The notes: generated by a model from the letters alone, not told the origin. DNA of 63,042 nt from Kiritimatiellales bacterium (GCA_030625905.1 DAOUQA010000001.1:1-63042); one strand, 5' to 3'. Shown: positions 1 through 9,396, counted from the first letter of the stretch. Translations and numbers: made by a program.

Positions 1-1485
1 GGTCACCCTCGGAGCCGTCAGCACATCGGCGGTGCCTTCCTGCTCCATCGCCGAAATTTGGATATCAATGTCCCCATTGCCAAACATCATCGTAGCCGGA
101 CTTCCACCCATCAGCCCAAGAAGGCCGCCTGTAACGGTCTCGAGTCCCGCCGTGTTGTCGCGCTGGGCGGAACCAAAGAGATTCTGTCCCGGACGCCCGT
201 CGTCCACCATGCCGTTGACAAGGAGATCCTGGTCCGTATTTAGATCGGTTGCATCAGCAACGCCCCGGGGATCCAGCGTCATGCCGGCGGTGGTTCCACT
301 TCCGTATATATTCCAATCGAACCCGAGCTCCTCGAGGGAGCCTTCGGAAAACTCGACGAACTTGGCCTCGATTTCAACCTGCTGCGAACGGCGCATAATG
401 GCCCGTTCGTTGAGATCGGCCAGAACCTCTTCGATCGCCTTAAGGTTTTTCGGCGTATTTTTGACGAACAGCTTGTAGAAGCGCGAACGGTAGGTCGCGG
501 AAGCGCCTTCCGGCCAGTCGACGATGGAAAAGAATCCATTCACCTCGACCGGTCCCGTGGCGGCTTCGCTGGCAGAGGAGTCGCTGAACAGGTCGTCCAT
601 CCCGCCGCCAGCATCGCCGGAGAACGCTTCCAGTTCGGAGCCGACTTCGGGATCGAGGTCGTACGACTTCATCACCATTTCCGAAACAGGGGCATAATTG
701 ACGGGCACAATGGCAACGGCATATGGTTTCACCTCGAACTTGAGGGAGGCCATTTCGGAGATGACCTTCAATGCGTCGAAGAGGTTTATGTCGGTAATAA
801 GGGTGGTTACGGTTTTATCACCTGCGGCGGACTCCATGCCGGCCAGCAGAATGTTCACGCCTTTGCCGGAAGTGTCGTGTTTGCGGCTTTGCTCCGTAAG
901 ATAAAGGACAACCTCCTCGATGCTGGCATCGGTAAAGTCGAGGTTCGGGATGTTGATGGCCTTCAGGCGGGCGACCATCTGCTCGGTGGCCTGCTGGTCG
1001 GGATCTTCGGCGACATCTTCGGATACGTCAACGGAAGTGAGAACCTTGGGCTCCTGATTCCATGCCGCATTGACGTCGGCAACAGCCTGCGCCCGAGTAG
1101 CTCCCTGCTTCCTGGCCTCCTTGGAGGAGATCTGCTTGGCGGCGCGCTTCCGGTAGGCCACGGCGCGGCTATCGTATTTGTCGATGGCGAGCATGGCGTC
1201 GAACGTCATGACGGCCTCGTCGTACTTGCCCGCCTTGTACTGAGCGAGCCCTTTCTCGAACAGTAATGAAAGCATTTCCGAATCGCTGCGCGTCGGAGCC
1301 GAATCAGCGCTTTCAACCTCGGCGGGTGCCGCATCGCTTTCGGCTACCGTTGCGGCGGCCTGATCCCCGGCATCACTTGAGGCATCCAACTGGGCAAAGA
1401 CATTGTCCATGTCTTCCTGGGCTTGACCGATTTGTATTCCAACGAGAAATACAACCAACAGAGCTGAGATATAGGTTTTAATCAT
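1..1485 (-). CDS. Type II secretion/type IV pilus secretin (GspD/PilQ-like), partial; 3' end runs off the window
   Basis: Not in the ORF track; translated by hand from ATG at 1485 (RBS-like AGGGGAAGG). Signal peptide MIKTYISALLVVFLVGIQIGQA, a TPR-like segment, then secretin motifs QQVEIEAKFVEF..ELGFDW and ADVLTAPRVT. No stop before the window edge. Confidence 0.85.
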   Translation of the reverse strand, partial: MIKTYISALLVVFLVGIQIGQAQEDMDNVFAQLDASSDAGDQAAATVAESDAAPAEVESADSAPTRSDSEMLSLLFEKGLAQYKAGKYDEAVMTFDAMLAIDKYDSRAVAYRKRAAKQISSKEARKQGATRAQAVADVNAAWNQEPKVLTSVDVSEDVAEDPDQQATEQMVARLKAINIPNLDFTDASIEEVVLYLTEQSRKHDTSGKGVNILLAGMESAAGDKTVTTLITDINLFDALKVISEMASLKFEVKPYAVAIVPVNYAPVSEMVMKSYDLDPEVGSELEAFSGDAGGGMDDLFSDSSASEAATGPVEVNGFFSIVDWPEGASATYRSRFYKLFVKNTPKNLKAIEEVLADLNERAIMRRSQQVEIEAKFVEFSEGSLEELGFDWNIYGSGTTAGMTLDPRGVADATDLNTDQDLLVNGMVDDGRPGQNLFGSAQRDNTAGLETVTGGLLGLMGGSPATMMFGNGDIDIQISAMEQEGTADVLTAPRVT

Positions 1486-1604
1486 TTTCCTTCCCCTCTT
1501 ACTTCTAACCTAAACGCTGTATGCCATAAGTTCATCAGGGGCCACGGCCAGCGCTTAAACAACCCATACCCTGTTTTTTAAATCCTCCGAAAAGCGGCTC
1601 CCGC

Positions 1605-1642
1605 TCCCCTTCGGTAAATCCGATCCCCTTCGGTAAATCCGA
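1605..1642. repeat. Perfect 19-bp tandem repeat (TCCCCTTCGGTAAATCCGA x2) upstream of the secretin gene
   Basis: Directly visible; each unit contains the dyad TCGG-N5-CCGA. Confidence 0.85.
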
Positions 1643-1888
1643 CAACTTTTCCGACCTCATGACAGCAAATCGCCACCTTGTCCGGATGCACACCAAACCG
1701 TACAGTCATCATTACGCAAGGATAATAACGCGGCCATAGTACTGTCTTGCAGACTCCGATCAAGCATATTAATTGCCCGCTTTTGGCTCGGCATTTATTC
1801 CGCCCAAAAAGCCGCGTTTTGGCGATGTAAAAGGGATGCGAGGCGGCATGAAGCGCTGTGCGGTGCCAGGAAACAAAGGAGAAAGAAC

Positions 1889-2668
1889 CTAAACCAAATC
1901 CATAAGCCGTCTGGCGGCTTCCCCGGGTGACCGTTCGCGCAACAGGCTTTCGCCCACCAAAACGGCGTGCACCCCGGCGGCCTTCAGATGCACCACATCT
2001 TCCGGCGTCTTGATCCCGCTCTCGCTGACGAGCGTGCAATCCGCCGGAGCCATGGCCACCAATTCGAAAGTCGTTTCCAAGGTCGTGACGAAGGTTTTCA
2101 AATTGCGGTTGTTGATTCCAATGCAATTCGACCCTGCATCGACGGCGCGCCGCATTTCTTCGCGGTCGTGCACCTCCACCAAAGGCTGGAGCTCCAGTGC
2201 ATGGGTCTCCCTTATAAAGGAAACGAGTTCCTCGTCGGTCAATGCCCCGACAATCAGCAGCACCGCCGACGCACCCATTACCTTGGCGTGGGCAAGCTGC
2301 CACGGATCGACCACAAACTCCTTATAGAGCATCGGCAGGCCGATCGTGTTCCGCACTTCAGCAAAATCCTCCGCCCCACCGCCAAAATACTTGTTGTCCA
2401 TCAGACACGAAATTGCGCTGGCACCATTGGCCGCGTAGTCCCTTGCAAGGGTCGCTGGGTCGAACGGGTCGCGGATCACTCCCGCCGAGGGAGACCGACG
2501 CTTCACCTCCGCAATCAAGCCCAGCGGCACTGCACGTAGCGCCTCGATAAAATCTGGACGTTCTTCCACGGCCTCAATTTGTCTCTGAAGCTCGCCCAGC
2601 GAAAGGGTCTGCTTTCCCGCTTCAACCTCAACGCGCTTGTCGGCGATAATCTGTTCCAAAATATTCAT
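1889..2668 (-). CDS. trpC: Indole-3-glycerol phosphate synthase
   Basis: IAEVKRRSPSAG, LVEVH, IGINNRNL, VSESGI and AVLVGESL motifs. Confidence 0.96.
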   Translation of the reverse strand: MNILEQIIADKRVEVEAGKQTLSLGELQRQIEAVEERPDFIEALRAVPLGLIAEVKRRSPSAGVIRDPFDPATLARDYAANGASAISCLMDNKYFGGGAEDFAEVRNTIGLPMLYKEFVVDPWQLAHAKVMGASAVLLIVGALTDEELVSFIRETHALELQPLVEVHDREEMRRAVDAGSNCIGINNRNLKTFVTTLETTFELVAMAPADCTLVSESGIKTPEDVVHLKAAGVHAVLVGESLLRERSPGEAARRLMDLV

Positions 2669-2734
2669 GCGAATGGTCTTTGTGTTTTTTGTACTACCTA
2701 TCCGTCAAAAACTTGTTTTCCTTGCATGTTTTTC

Positions 2735-2818
2735 TTCAACGCAAAATCGCCAAGTCCGCAAAGCTTCGCAGAGGAAATTCTTTGCGTTCCTCAGCGCCCT
2801 TCGCATCTTTGCGTTGAA
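2735..2818. repeat. Palindromic miniature intergenic element with 9-bp periodic CGCAAA-like units
   Basis: Terminal arms TTCAACGCAAA (2735) and TTTGCGTTGAA (ending 2818), with internal periodic CGC(A/C)AA / TTGCG units. Confidence 0.65.
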
Positions 2819-2885
2819 TTCTCTTGGTTGCGGCTTTGCCGCGCTAGGCTCTTTCGTGGCCAATTAAAACCTACCGTTCATCCGC

Positions 2886-2910
2886 AACGCGGCTGGAAGC
2901 CGCGTCTACA
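2886..2910 (-). repeat. REP-like element (GTAG foot plus hairpin)
   Basis: Minus strand TGTAG-ACGCGGC-TTCCA-GCCGCGT directly after the prfB stop. Confidence 0.7.
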
Positions 2911-4005
2911 TTACCGATTCTTTTTCAAATACGCTTCGATAAATGGGTCGAGCTTGCCGTCGAGAACGCCTTGGACATTGCCGACCTGCTCGTCGGTGCG
3001 GTGATCTTTCACCAGAGTATAGGGCTGCATGACGTAGGAACGGATCTGCGACCCCCAGGCAATTTCGCCCTTGTCGCCGTAGAGCTGGTCGACCGCCTTG
3101 CGCTTCAAATCCTGCTCCCGCTCGTAGAGCCGCGCCTTGAGCATCTTCATCGCGGCGGCCTTGTTCTTGTGCTGCGAGCGCTCGGCCTGGCACTGCACCA
3201 CCGTCCCGGTCGGCAGGTGGACGATGCGCACGGCGGAGTCGGTCGTATTGACATGCTGGCCCCCTGCGCCCTGCGCACGATAGGTATCGATCCGCAGGTC
3301 GGACTCGACAATGTCGATCTCGATCGTGTCGTCGATCTCCGGCGTGACGTCCGCCGCAGCAAACGAGGTGTGGCGGCGGGACTGCGAATCGAACGGGCTG
3401 ATGCGCACCAAGCGATGCACCCCGCGCTCGGACTTCAGCAAGCCGTAGGCATACGGCCCAGTAATCAGCAGCGATACGCTCTTGATGCCCGCTTCCTCGC
3501 CCGCCTGGTAGTCCATGATCTGGGTCTTAAATTCCTTGCGTTCGGCATAGCGCGTAAACATCCGGTAGAGCATGTCCGCCCAGTCGCAGCTCTCCGTGCC
3601 GCCCGCCCCCGCGTGCAGGGTCAGATAGGCGCCGTTGCCATCAAACTCGCCGCCGAGCAGCGATTGCATTTCCAGTAACTGGAAACCGCGCTCCACCTTT
3701 TCCAGCTCGGAAGCCGCTTCCGTTAGCGCCTCCTCTTCGCCCGCCTCGGCGAGTTCGAGCATCACCTCCGCATCGTCGAGTCCGGAGGTAATCGCATCGA
3801 AGGGATCGAGCACCCTCTTAAGCGACTTCGTTGCAGCGATATTGGACTGCGCCTTGCTTTGGTCGTTCCAGAACTCCGGATCGGCCGCCTCGGCTTCGAG
3901 CTTTTCAAGCGCCGCGCGCTTGGCTCCAATTTCGAGATAGCCCTCCATCTCGGCCAGCTGTTCGCGGAAATCCGCAATCTTTGTTTTCAGTTCGTCGTGT
4001 GTCAT
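2911..4005 (-). CDS. prfB: Peptide chain release factor 2, continuous ORF without programmed frameshift
   Basis: GGQ motif (GAGGQHVN), RF2 SPF tripeptide (RISPFD), GVHRLVR and WGSQIRSYV. Confidence 0.97.
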   Translation of the reverse strand: MTHDELKTKIADFREQLAEMEGYLEIGAKRAALEKLEAEAADPEFWNDQSKAQSNIAATKSLKRVLDPFDAITSGLDDAEVMLELAEAGEEEALTEAASELEKVERGFQLLEMQSLLGGEFDGNGAYLTLHAGAGGTESCDWADMLYRMFTRYAERKEFKTQIMDYQAGEEAGIKSVSLLITGPYAYGLLKSERGVHRLVRISPFDSQSRRHTSFAAADVTPEIDDTIEIDIVESDLRIDTYRAQGAGGQHVNTTDSAVRIVHLPTGTVVQCQAERSQHKNKAAAMKMLKARLYEREQDLKRKAVDQLYGDKGEIAWGSQIRSYVMQPYTLVKDHRTDEQVGNVQGVLDGKLDPFIEAYLKKNR

Positions 4006-4022
4006 TGAATCGGTCCTAACCC

Positions 4023-4046
4023 GCCCGGTCGGGGACCGGGTCTACA
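4023..4046 (-). repeat. REP-like element (GTAG foot plus hairpin)
   Basis: Minus strand TGTAGA-CCCGGTC-CCC-GACCGGG just upstream of prfB. Confidence 0.65.
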
Positions 4047-4237
4047 TCCTGCAACCCACCTGCCCTCTGGTGTTACCCCCGTTGGTTGGAATCCGGGAAT
4101 ATAGCCCAAGGTTCCCCGATGCCAAACCCCGCAGTGCAAAAAAGAGCTGGTGCAATACTACTTCTTCGCCTGCGCTTCGAGCCAGTCCTGTGCCTGAAAT
4201 TCCGCTTCCGGGCTATTGAGGATGGAGGGCGTCGTAT

Positions 4238-5908
4238 CTACGATTTTTTCTTCCACCCTTTGAAGCGAAGAACGAAGAGAATGGTTGCGGCGGCGAGGAG
4301 GGAGGCCTTGGCGAAGGCATCGCCGTTGCGGGTGTAGAAGGTTTTTTCGAGGCCGGCGGGGCGTGGATGGATTTCGTTCGCGGTGAAGCCGCTGGTGCGG
4401 GGTTCGAGGTTGCGCGTTACATTGCCGTAGGCATTGATGATGCAAGTGACGCCGGTATTGCAGCAGCGCGCCATGGGAACGCGGTTTTCGATGCAGCGAA
4501 AGACCGCGTGCGCAAGGTGCTGTTCGGACTGGGAGCCGGGGTCGAACCATGCATCGTTGGTTTGGTTGACGAGCCAGCGCGCGCCGTTGCGCACGGCCTT
4601 GACAGAGAGTGACGCAACAATGTCCTCGAAACAGATAAGTACGGAAAACGAGGCCTTGCCCTGAAGCGGGATCAATGTGCTTTCCGTTCCGCCACGAAAG
4701 TCGACTTCGATGGGCGTAAATTTTTTCATGAGCCCGGGGAACGGAACATATTCGCCGAAAGGCACAAGATGCTGCTTGTCGTATTTGGCAATTTCTGCAC
4801 CGTTGGTGCCGAAAAGGATCGAGCTATTATAGTAGACCGAACCGGAATCTGAACGGATGTAGTCCATGGTTCCCGCCAGCAAGGGAACTCCTTCCTCCAC
4901 AACACCAGCCACAAGCCCTTGGCTCTGGATGCTGCTGGGATGATGGACAAAATCCGGCAACGCGGTTTCCGGCCAGATGATTAGATCGATGCCGTCGAGC
5001 CGCGCAGCGGTTTTGGTGAGCGCTTCGAGGGTGTCGCGGATTTGCTGGTCCTTCCCCCGATCCCATTTTTCCGTCTGCGGGATGTTGGGCTGCACAAGGA
5101 CAAGATGGATGGACTCAGAATCCGGCGATGGGTTGAAGAGAACATTAAGGCCGTAGGCGACAGAGAGCGCAACCGGCAGCAGACCAAGCATCAGCTCTCC
5201 GTGCGGACGGTATTGCTTTGCGCGAATGCCGTGGCTGTATTGGTGCAACGTAATGAACAGCGCCGTGTTCATCCAGACGATGCAGGCCGATACAATGGAT
5301 ACCCCTCCCCATTCCGCTACCTGGATGAGGGCCGGACTGGCGTATTGGCTGACACCAAGCGGATTCCACGGAAACCCGGTAAAGAGAAAGCCGCGCACGT
5401 ATTCCGCCGCAACCCAAACCATCGTAACCGAAAACATCAACCGGACGTTGGTTCGGAAAGAGCGCACCCCCCAACGCTTCACGCAGGTTGAAACCGTGAC
5501 CGCAAAAGGGATGAAGTAAAGCGCGCAGTAAAGCGCAAGCACCGCATAACCCAGCAATGCACTCGCCTTGAGGGCAACTCCCGCAACCGTACCGGTCAGA
5601 TTATGCAACCAACCAAGCGAAATTAAAAAGAAAACAAACCCGGCCAACAACCCGAGTAGCGCAGCCTTCTTTCCGGAGGCCGACTGCACCGCGAACATGA
5701 GCGGAACCAGTCCAATGAACGCCAGCGATGAATTCCCGAACCCCGGGAAACTCAGTGCGAGCAAAACACCGGAAAAGAGGCTTCCCAGAATTGGAAAAAT
5801 TGGAGAGTGGAAGAGCGAATGGGCAAAAGAGGGGCTGGGTGGATTATTGGAGGGGTGGATGGATGGAGGCTGTTTTCCCGAATCCGTTTTTGCTTCATTG
5901 TTTTCCAT
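4238..5908 (-). CDS. lnt: Apolipoprotein N-acyltransferase
   Basis: Multiple TM segments, TGFPWN, VQPNI, IIWPETA (catalytic E), YDKQHLVPFGEYVP (K), ICFED (C). Start uncertain (5908 or 5932). Confidence 0.95.
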   Translation of the reverse strand: MENNEAKTDSGKQPPSIHPSNNPPSPSFAHSLFHSPIFPILGSLFSGVLLALSFPGFGNSSLAFIGLVPLMFAVQSASGKKAALLGLLAGFVFFLISLGWLHNLTGTVAGVALKASALLGYAVLALYCALYFIPFAVTVSTCVKRWGVRSFRTNVRLMFSVTMVWVAAEYVRGFLFTGFPWNPLGVSQYASPALIQVAEWGGVSIVSACIVWMNTALFITLHQYSHGIRAKQYRPHGELMLGLLPVALSVAYGLNVLFNPSPDSESIHLVLVQPNIPQTEKWDRGKDQQIRDTLEALTKTAARLDGIDLIIWPETALPDFVHHPSSIQSQGLVAGVVEEGVPLLAGTMDYIRSDSGSVYYNSSILFGTNGAEIAKYDKQHLVPFGEYVPFPGLMKKFTPIEVDFRGGTESTLIPLQGKASFSVLICFEDIVASLSVKAVRNGARWLVNQTNDAWFDPGSQSEQHLAHAVFRCIENRVPMARCCNTGVTCIINAYGNVTRNLEPRTSGFTANEIHPRPAGLEKTFYTRNGDAFAKASLLAAATILFVLRFKGWKKKS

Positions 5909-5930
5909 TGATCCAACCATCCAATAATCC
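5841..5930. repeat. Imperfect inverted repeat of GGATNNNT-type octamers overlapping the lnt start
   Basis: GGATTATTGGAGGGGTGGATGGATGGA (5841) pairs imperfectly with TCCATTGATCCAACCATCCAATAATCC (5904-5930). Confidence 0.7.
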
Positions 5931-5943
5931 ATTCATCTAAACT

Positions 5944-6624
5944 TTATAAATCAAGGTTGAGTAACGAGGGAACCGTTTTCCACCTTCGCTCCACCGACTG
6001 CTGTTTGAAAACATCTGCAATATATTCCAGCAGGTTGTCTTCGCTGGTGAGGGTTTGTTCTTTCCGCCCACCCTCCTCCACGTTCAGCGCGGAAAGCCCC
6101 TTCAGTCCAAGGATGCCCTCCCCTCGCGTGGCATCCCAAAAAACAAACATTTTTTCGACGAGTGCCCGGATGGACCGATAGAGCATTATCTCGTGCCTTT
6201 CCGCATCGGTGAGGACAAGCCGGCCAAAATCAAGCGTCCACATGCGGTCGAGCTGCGCACCCGCCCAATCGGCAGGACGAATGATGCCGAGCGAAAAATA
6301 GGGAAGCAGCTCGGGGAAATGGTGTAGCTCGGAAAGGATTTCAAGCCAGCGGATGACATGGCGACCGTGAGGCTGCATGGAATTCAGCACGCACTCCGCA
6401 GCGGCGCGGTCGCCGACTGCACAGAATGCGCGCGCGATGAGCAACTTGATCTCGGATGATTGAAGCCCGAGGGGGTGAAACTTCCGGCAATACATCGCAA
6501 TGCTCGCGATAAGATGATCGGCCAGCGTACCGGACGGAATCTCCATGGCCTGGAAGATCTCCCGCACGTGTTCCGCCCAGACATCCGGACGGGCATCCAA
6601 CGATGGAAAAGACGTCGCCTTCAT
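5944..6624 (-). CDS. Hypothetical protein translationally coupled to nrdR
   Basis: 226-aa ORF filling the nrdR-lnt gap; ATGA overlap with the nrdR stop; no recognised motif. Confidence 0.75.
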   Translation of the reverse strand: MKATSFPSLDARPDVWAEHVREIFQAMEIPSGTLADHLIASIAMYCRKFHPLGLQSSEIKLLIARAFCAVGDRAAAECVLNSMQPHGRHVIRWLEILSELHHFPELLPYFSLGIIRPADWAGAQLDRMWTLDFGRLVLTDAERHEIMLYRSIRALVEKMFVFWDATRGEGILGLKGLSALNVEEGGRKEQTLTSEDNLLEYIADVFKQQSVERRWKTVPSLLNLDL

Positions 6625-7076
6625 TCGCGCCCAATAAGGCGTTCGACTTCGTTCATGAACTGGCCGGCATCGCGAAAGCGGCGATAGACGGAGGCGTAGC
6701 GAATGTAGGCAACCTCATCAAGTTTTTCGAGTGCGGTCATGACCTTCTTTCCGAGTGCCATGCTGGGAATTTCCTTTTCATATTCCGACTCGGCTTCCAT
6801 TATGATGGCATCGGTAATGCGCTCGATTTGCTCTACGCTGATGTGCCGCTTGCGGCAGGCAACCTGAAGACTCTTGATGAGTTTCTCGCGGCTGAGCTCC
6901 TCGCGGCGTTCATCGCGCTTGGTGACTTGTAGCTGGGCGCGCTGGATTTCTTCATAGGTGGTAAAACGGTGCCCGCAATCGACGCATACACGGCGACGAC
7001 GAATGGAGTTGCCATTGCGCACCTCCCGGCTATCGATTACACGGTTTTCTTTTCCCTTACACTTCGGACATCTCAT
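6621..7076 (-). CDS. nrdR: Transcriptional repressor NrdR
   Basis: MRCPKC, VIDSR, IRRRRVCVDCGHRFTTYE, ATP cone, DEVAYIRYASVYRRF; RBS GGAGGA before ATG 7076. Confidence 0.97.
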   Translation of the reverse strand: MRCPKCKGKENRVIDSREVRNGNSIRRRRVCVDCGHRFTTYEEIQRAQLQVTKRDERREELSREKLIKSLQVACRKRHISVEQIERITDAIIMEAESEYEKEIPSMALGKKVMTALEKLDEVAYIRYASVYRRFRDAGQFMNEVERLIGRE

Positions 7077-7137
7077 ACAGAGTCCTCCTTCCCCATAAAT
7101 GGGTAGAAGATAGCCTACAACAACGAACCCAAACAAC

Positions 7138-7167
7138 AAAAAACGCCCCGTAGATGCGGGGCGTTTT
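7138..7167 (-). terminator. Intrinsic terminator after the histone H1-like gene
   Basis: AAAACGCCCCG/CGGGGCGTTTT stem followed by a T-run on the minus strand. Confidence 0.8.
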
Positions 7168-7188
7168 CGACTTCGCTAGAAGTGCACA

Positions 7189-7635
7189 CTATTTTTTGGC
7201 GGCCTTTTTCTTGGCGGCCTTCTTTTTCGCCGGAGCCTTCTTCACTGCTTTCTTCTTGGCAGGAGCCTTTTTCTTCGCCGGAGCCTTCTTCTTGGCAGGG
7301 GCTTTCTTTACGGCCTTCTTTTTCGCCGGAGCTTTTTTCTTGGCTGGAGCTTTTTTCACAGCCTTCTTCTTGGCGGGAGCCTTTTTCACGGCCTTCTTTT
7401 TAGCCGGGGCTTTTTTCTTGGCTGGAGCTTTTTTCACAGCCTTCTTTTTCGCCGGAGCTTTTTTCTTGGCGGGAGCCTTTTTCACGGCCTTCTTTTTCGC
7501 CGGAGCTTTTTTCTTGGCCGGAGCCTTCTTCACGACTTTCTTTTTCGCCGGAGCTTTCTTTACTGCTTTCTTTTTTGCTGGGGCCTTCTTGGCCGGGCTC
7601 TTTTTCTTTGCTTTTGCTTTTTTCTTCGCTGCCAT
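7189..7635 (-). CDS. Histone H1-like Lys/Ala/Pro-rich DNA-binding protein
   Basis: MAAKKK start after RBS AAGGAG; body made almost entirely of PAKKK/AVKKA repeats. Confidence 0.85.
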   Translation of the reverse strand: MAAKKKAKAKKKSPAKKAPAKKKAVKKAPAKKKVVKKAPAKKKAPAKKKAVKKAPAKKKAPAKKKAVKKAPAKKKAPAKKKAVKKAPAKKKAVKKAPAKKKAPAKKKAVKKAPAKKKAPAKKKAPAKKKAVKKAPAKKKAAKKKAAKK

Positions 7636-7969
7636 TGTAGTCTCCTTGTTTGTACTCCTAACAACCACTACCGATGCATCGTCATGACTCGACTGAACTT
7701 GCATTCATGCAAAGAGCTATTAACGATCACTCTTCCTGAAAAATGTTTATAGGCAGAAAGCGAATGTTATGCAACCCGTTTAGTTTATAAAAACAGACAC
7801 TCGATTTGTCCTCTTCAATTTCAGATTCCAACTCGGCGCGAAAAAAAACAACACGAGTGAAAAGAATAAAAAAAACATCCCAATGAGAGGACGGTTTTCA
7901 TGTGCGCGGCGTTGCCGCTTGAATATCGAACAAGGAATGGATGAGTGCAGAAGGATTCCACTTCTTCGT

Positions 7970-8157
7970 AGTTCGTTATTCCTTGGTTCGGGTCGACCGC
8001 GCGGTGCAGCCGCGTCTGGGCGGGAAAAAGCTGCACCGGCTGCTCAAGCCGGAACTCGAAAAGGCCGGTGCGCGGATCGGACGGGATCGTTTTTTCGAAG
8101 TGCTCGGCGAGCGGGGCTTCTACTTGAGCGCTTGCCCAAGGCACCGAGGACGTGACA
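7970..8157 (+). pseudogene. IS3-family transposase (OrfB HTH region) remnant
   Basis: QPRLGGKKLHRLLKPELEKAGARIGRDRFFEVLGERG resembles the IS3 OrfB N-terminal HTH; ends in ...GGACGTGACA, similar to an IS3 right end. No DDE domain. Confidence 0.55.
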
Positions 8158-8161
8158 CGTG

Positions 8162-9322
8162 TTAACCAAAGTATTTATCGTACCATCGCTTGATAGTGTC
8201 GTCGGCCACTTTCACGATGCCGATTTCGCGTGTGGCATTTTCCGGCGAATCGGAAGCATGGGCCGCATTGACCATGATGTCCGTACCAAACTCCTTGCGA
8301 ACCGAACCGGGCGCGGCCTTGCTCGGGTCGGTGGGACCAAGAATGTCGCGGATCTTCTCGACGGCATTGTCGCCGGCATAAACGAGCGCAAGGCAGCAAA
8401 CCTTGCCTTCCGCCGCTATTTCATCGCCGCTTACATCCGGCGCCCACTGCCCGGTCATGAACTGCATGATGCTGTAGAATTGGTTGTCGCCGAACGCCGG
8501 CCCAAGGGTGTCGGCGAGAGCGCCCTTCACCTCGTCCGGCATCTCGAAATCGAACTCCTCCTGCAAGGTCTTGCAGGCGCGGTCAACGGCCATGCCGCCC
8601 AGTTTTTCGCGCAGGACAGGCTGCACGGGACCGTAGAATTCAAACGCTTCGGCCAGACTCATGCGGTGCAGCTTGGCTCCGATGATCCGCAGGCCGGAGC
8701 GGGAGAATGTATCGAGAATATTGCCCGGCCGCGCGCTCGGGAAGGTAAAGTTGTCGGGCTTGATAATCACCAGTGTTTTTTGCACATTCCCTTTGTCGGC
8801 CAAGCGAATGGTGTGGTCGAGGATCCCGCCGTCGGACTCGGAAAACTCTCCCCACAGGACAAGTGTATTCTTGACGGCTTGCGCAGAAGGCCCCACAAGC
8901 ACGGCGGGCTCGAAATAGGTCACGGAGCCATCGAGCGCCTTGATGTAGTCGCCATAGGTTCCGCGGATCGTATCGGCACTTTCGATGGAGTCCTCGAATC
9001 CCCCAATGGCATCGCGCAACTTGTGCACAGCGTTTTCGCCCTCGAACAACAGCATCAACACACGGTGGCACTGGCCGTCGGCGGTCGGACTCATTTCACG
9101 CTCGATATAATCGGAGAGCAATTCCCGTATTTCCGGCCAAACCTTTTCGTTGACTCGAATCAATTCGGCATAGCGATGTGCCAGCTCCGCGCTGGGGCCA
9201 AACATCCGAGCCGCCACAAGATCGAGCCCCGTCCGGCTCAACAACCGGCCTAGTATCCCGCCGGTCCGAGATTTCCGCAGGGTATAGGGCGTTATTAATA
9301 CGTATCCGAGTTCCTTTGACAT
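8162..9322 (-). CDS. ndk: Nucleoside-diphosphate kinase with two tandem NDK domains
   Basis: C-domain KTLVIIKPD...GPTDPSKAAPGSVR..NAAHASDS (catalytic His); N-domain homologous (YVLITPY...TIRGTYG) but lacks the His motif. Confidence 0.9.
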   Translation of the reverse strand: MSKELGYVLITPYTLRKSRTGGILGRLLSRTGLDLVAARMFGPSAELAHRYAELIRVNEKVWPEIRELLSDYIEREMSPTADGQCHRVLMLLFEGENAVHKLRDAIGGFEDSIESADTIRGTYGDYIKALDGSVTYFEPAVLVGPSAQAVKNTLVLWGEFSESDGGILDHTIRLADKGNVQKTLVIIKPDNFTFPSARPGNILDTFSRSGLRIIGAKLHRMSLAEAFEFYGPVQPVLREKLGGMAVDRACKTLQEEFDFEMPDEVKGALADTLGPAFGDNQFYSIMQFMTGQWAPDVSGDEIAAEGKVCCLALVYAGDNAVEKIRDILGPTDPSKAAPGSVRKEFGTDIMVNAAHASDSPENATREIGIVKVADDTIKRWYDKYFG

Positions 9323-9396
9323 TTATATTCCTCTCAAGTAATGAAGCCTTTAAATACCTGTCGAGGAACGCGGGTACAACCTAGAAATACGATTTT

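Noticed and set aside
7154-7687. Phe/Ala-rich 177-aa plus-strand ORF resembling a membrane protein
   Set aside because: It is the antisense reading of the Lys/Ala repeats of the histone H1-like gene.
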